From the NCBI RefSeq assembly GCF_963921235.1, contig NC_086099.1, forward strand, positions 64,232,001-64,296,000: DNA of 64,000 nt, written 5' to 3'. The stretch's first letter is position 1, and each line of letters starts with the position of its first letter. The DNA is from Mobula hypostoma (taxonomy: Eukaryota). The translations under genes were made by a program, and so were the position numbers. This document shows, piece by piece, positions 62,390 through 64,000 of the stretch. The notes beneath the pieces are model-generated. The model saw only the letters and a program-made list of their open reading frames with translations, searched no databases and had not been told where the DNA came from.

Positions 62390-63499
62390 AGATTATATAT
62401 AATAATAGCACAGTCAATATGGCCAATGTCCAAAAATACATCATGGAATCAATTACCAAACAAAATTTGACATGAGTATTACTGGAGCATTAAAAGGGTT
62501 CATTTTGGAGGAAAGGGATGCAAAGAGCTGAGAGTGCTTGGGAGCTATTTTCAGAAGTTATGTCATGACAACCAACAACGGTTGAGCAAAGAAAACGAGG
62601 ATCACCATGAGACGAGAAGTTGAAGAGCACAGTAATTTTGGAGAAAGCTAGGACTGGATGAGTGCAGAGAATGGAAATTCTAAATTTATGGAATGCCACA
62701 TGGCAGCACATAGAACCAACTATGTTTCATAAGTAGTAAAAATGTTGACCCTGTAAGTCATACCTTAACACATAAATTTTTGTTACTTAGAACTACCATG
62801 CTATATATTTCAAAGCACAATTGAGATATCTGCAGCAATTCAAAGACACAATAAATAATTACAAAATATCACTATTTATATTTGGTTTTGATTCCCACAT
62901 ATAAAAGTCCCCACTTTGAAAAATAATGTTGGAAGAATTCCATGCATTCTGATATTGAACTCACCATGGCTGGCTTAGCATAGGAGGAAGTAATATATAA
63001 CTATTAGTTCAAATATTATCTTAGGTTCATCATATATAGACTTCCAAGAACTTGAGTTATGATTTGGGTTCCAAAAAATGTTGTTTCCCAGGAAAACATC
63101 AAAGCCGAACGCACAAAAAAAAAAGAACTTACGCAAAAGGCAAAAAATGAGTGGAAAATACACACACAGAATATAAAACATCAAACCACAGAGTCTCTGA
63201 AACAGTACAGGAATGTTCAGATAAGTTCAGTTCAAGTTAGTGTTGTGTCGTTTGTTGACTGCACACCGCAGAGCCTGTCCATCTTGTTCAAAATTGCACA
63301 AGATAGCAGTAAAAAAGGAGCAACCTGAAATCAGAAACACATAACATGAACTATAGGGTCCCATCTACAAACCTTGCCCAAGACCCAAGAGTTCGGCAGC
63401 AGTAAAGGAGAAGGAGAGAGAGAGACTGACCAAATGCAGCAGATGGCACTGAACACCTACTCGCCTTTGTTCTCATTTTCGTTAACTTAAATCTTTCAT

Positions 63500-64000
63500 T
63501 CTTGTCTCTATTAGGGCCGCGTGTGTCCTTTGTTTCATGGAATCCTGGTTAACCCCTTCCGTACCGGATGCAGCGATTCCGATCGACGGGTTTACTACAC
63601 ACCCACAGGATAGATATATAGAGTCTCTCAAAAGCAGAGGTGGAGGAGTATGCCTCATGATCAACTATTCTTGGTGCACAAATATATCAGTGCTGTCCCA
63701 ATTCTGCTCACCAGACCTGAAATATCTAGCTGTATAGTGCCGTCCATTTTACCTACCTCGGGAGTTCTCTAGGGGTCATTCTGGTAGTAATTTACATTCC
63801 ACCTCAGGCCAATGTCAAACAGGTTTTAGATGATCTGAGCAATGGGATCAACATGCACAAAATAATGCACCCTAATGCCCTCACCATCATTTTGGGAGAT
63901 TTTAACAAGGCCACTCTTAAAAAAAATCACTAAGCAATTACCGTCAACAGATCACTTGTAATACCCAAGGAAACAACTCACTAAACCATTGCTACACCAT
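63500..64000 (+). mobile_element. Rex1/Babar LINE APE endonuclease region, continues off the window
   Basis: CVLCFMESWL; KSRGGGVCLMIN; CRPFYLPREFS; YIPPQAN; ILGDFN; LNHCYT. Confidence 0.88.

Noticed and set aside
63000-63480. Probable minus-strand repeat tail
   Set aside because: Looks repetitive, but I could not assign a family or boundaries.

Overview
Eukaryotic, AT-rich, repeat-dense vertebrate DNA, either intergenic or intronic. The repeat mix (CR1, Rex1/Babar, HE1-like V-SINEs, Deu-SINE, Penelope) points to a cartilaginous fish, probably a ray; this is inference. I found no convincing host protein-coding exon, tRNA, rRNA or CRISPR. Almost all long ORFs are transposon remnants or their antisense shadows. 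Main elements: (1) a Tc1 transposon at 3294-4870; (2) a complete 4.35-kb CsRn1-type Gypsy LTR retrotransposon at 8495-12841, with tRNA-Trp PBS, PPT, 4-bp TSD and a -1 frameshift stem-loop; (3) a Penelope-like element with inverted terminal repeats carrying hammerhead-ribozyme motifs at 15081-17067; (4) a nest of Rex1 > solo LTR > ORF1-only I/Nimb-like LINE at 17400-21700; (5) a BEL/Pao element at 42683-54100 hosting a SINE, a Rex1 copy and a Tip100/ZMYM1-type hAT transposon. There are also many CR1/Rex1 fragments, SINEs and MITEs. The most notable signal is a dispersed family of roughly 110-140 bp non-coding inserts carrying a minimal hammerhead motif, two of them flanked by 13-bp target-site duplications. 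All identifications are by eye from motifs; no database searches were run.
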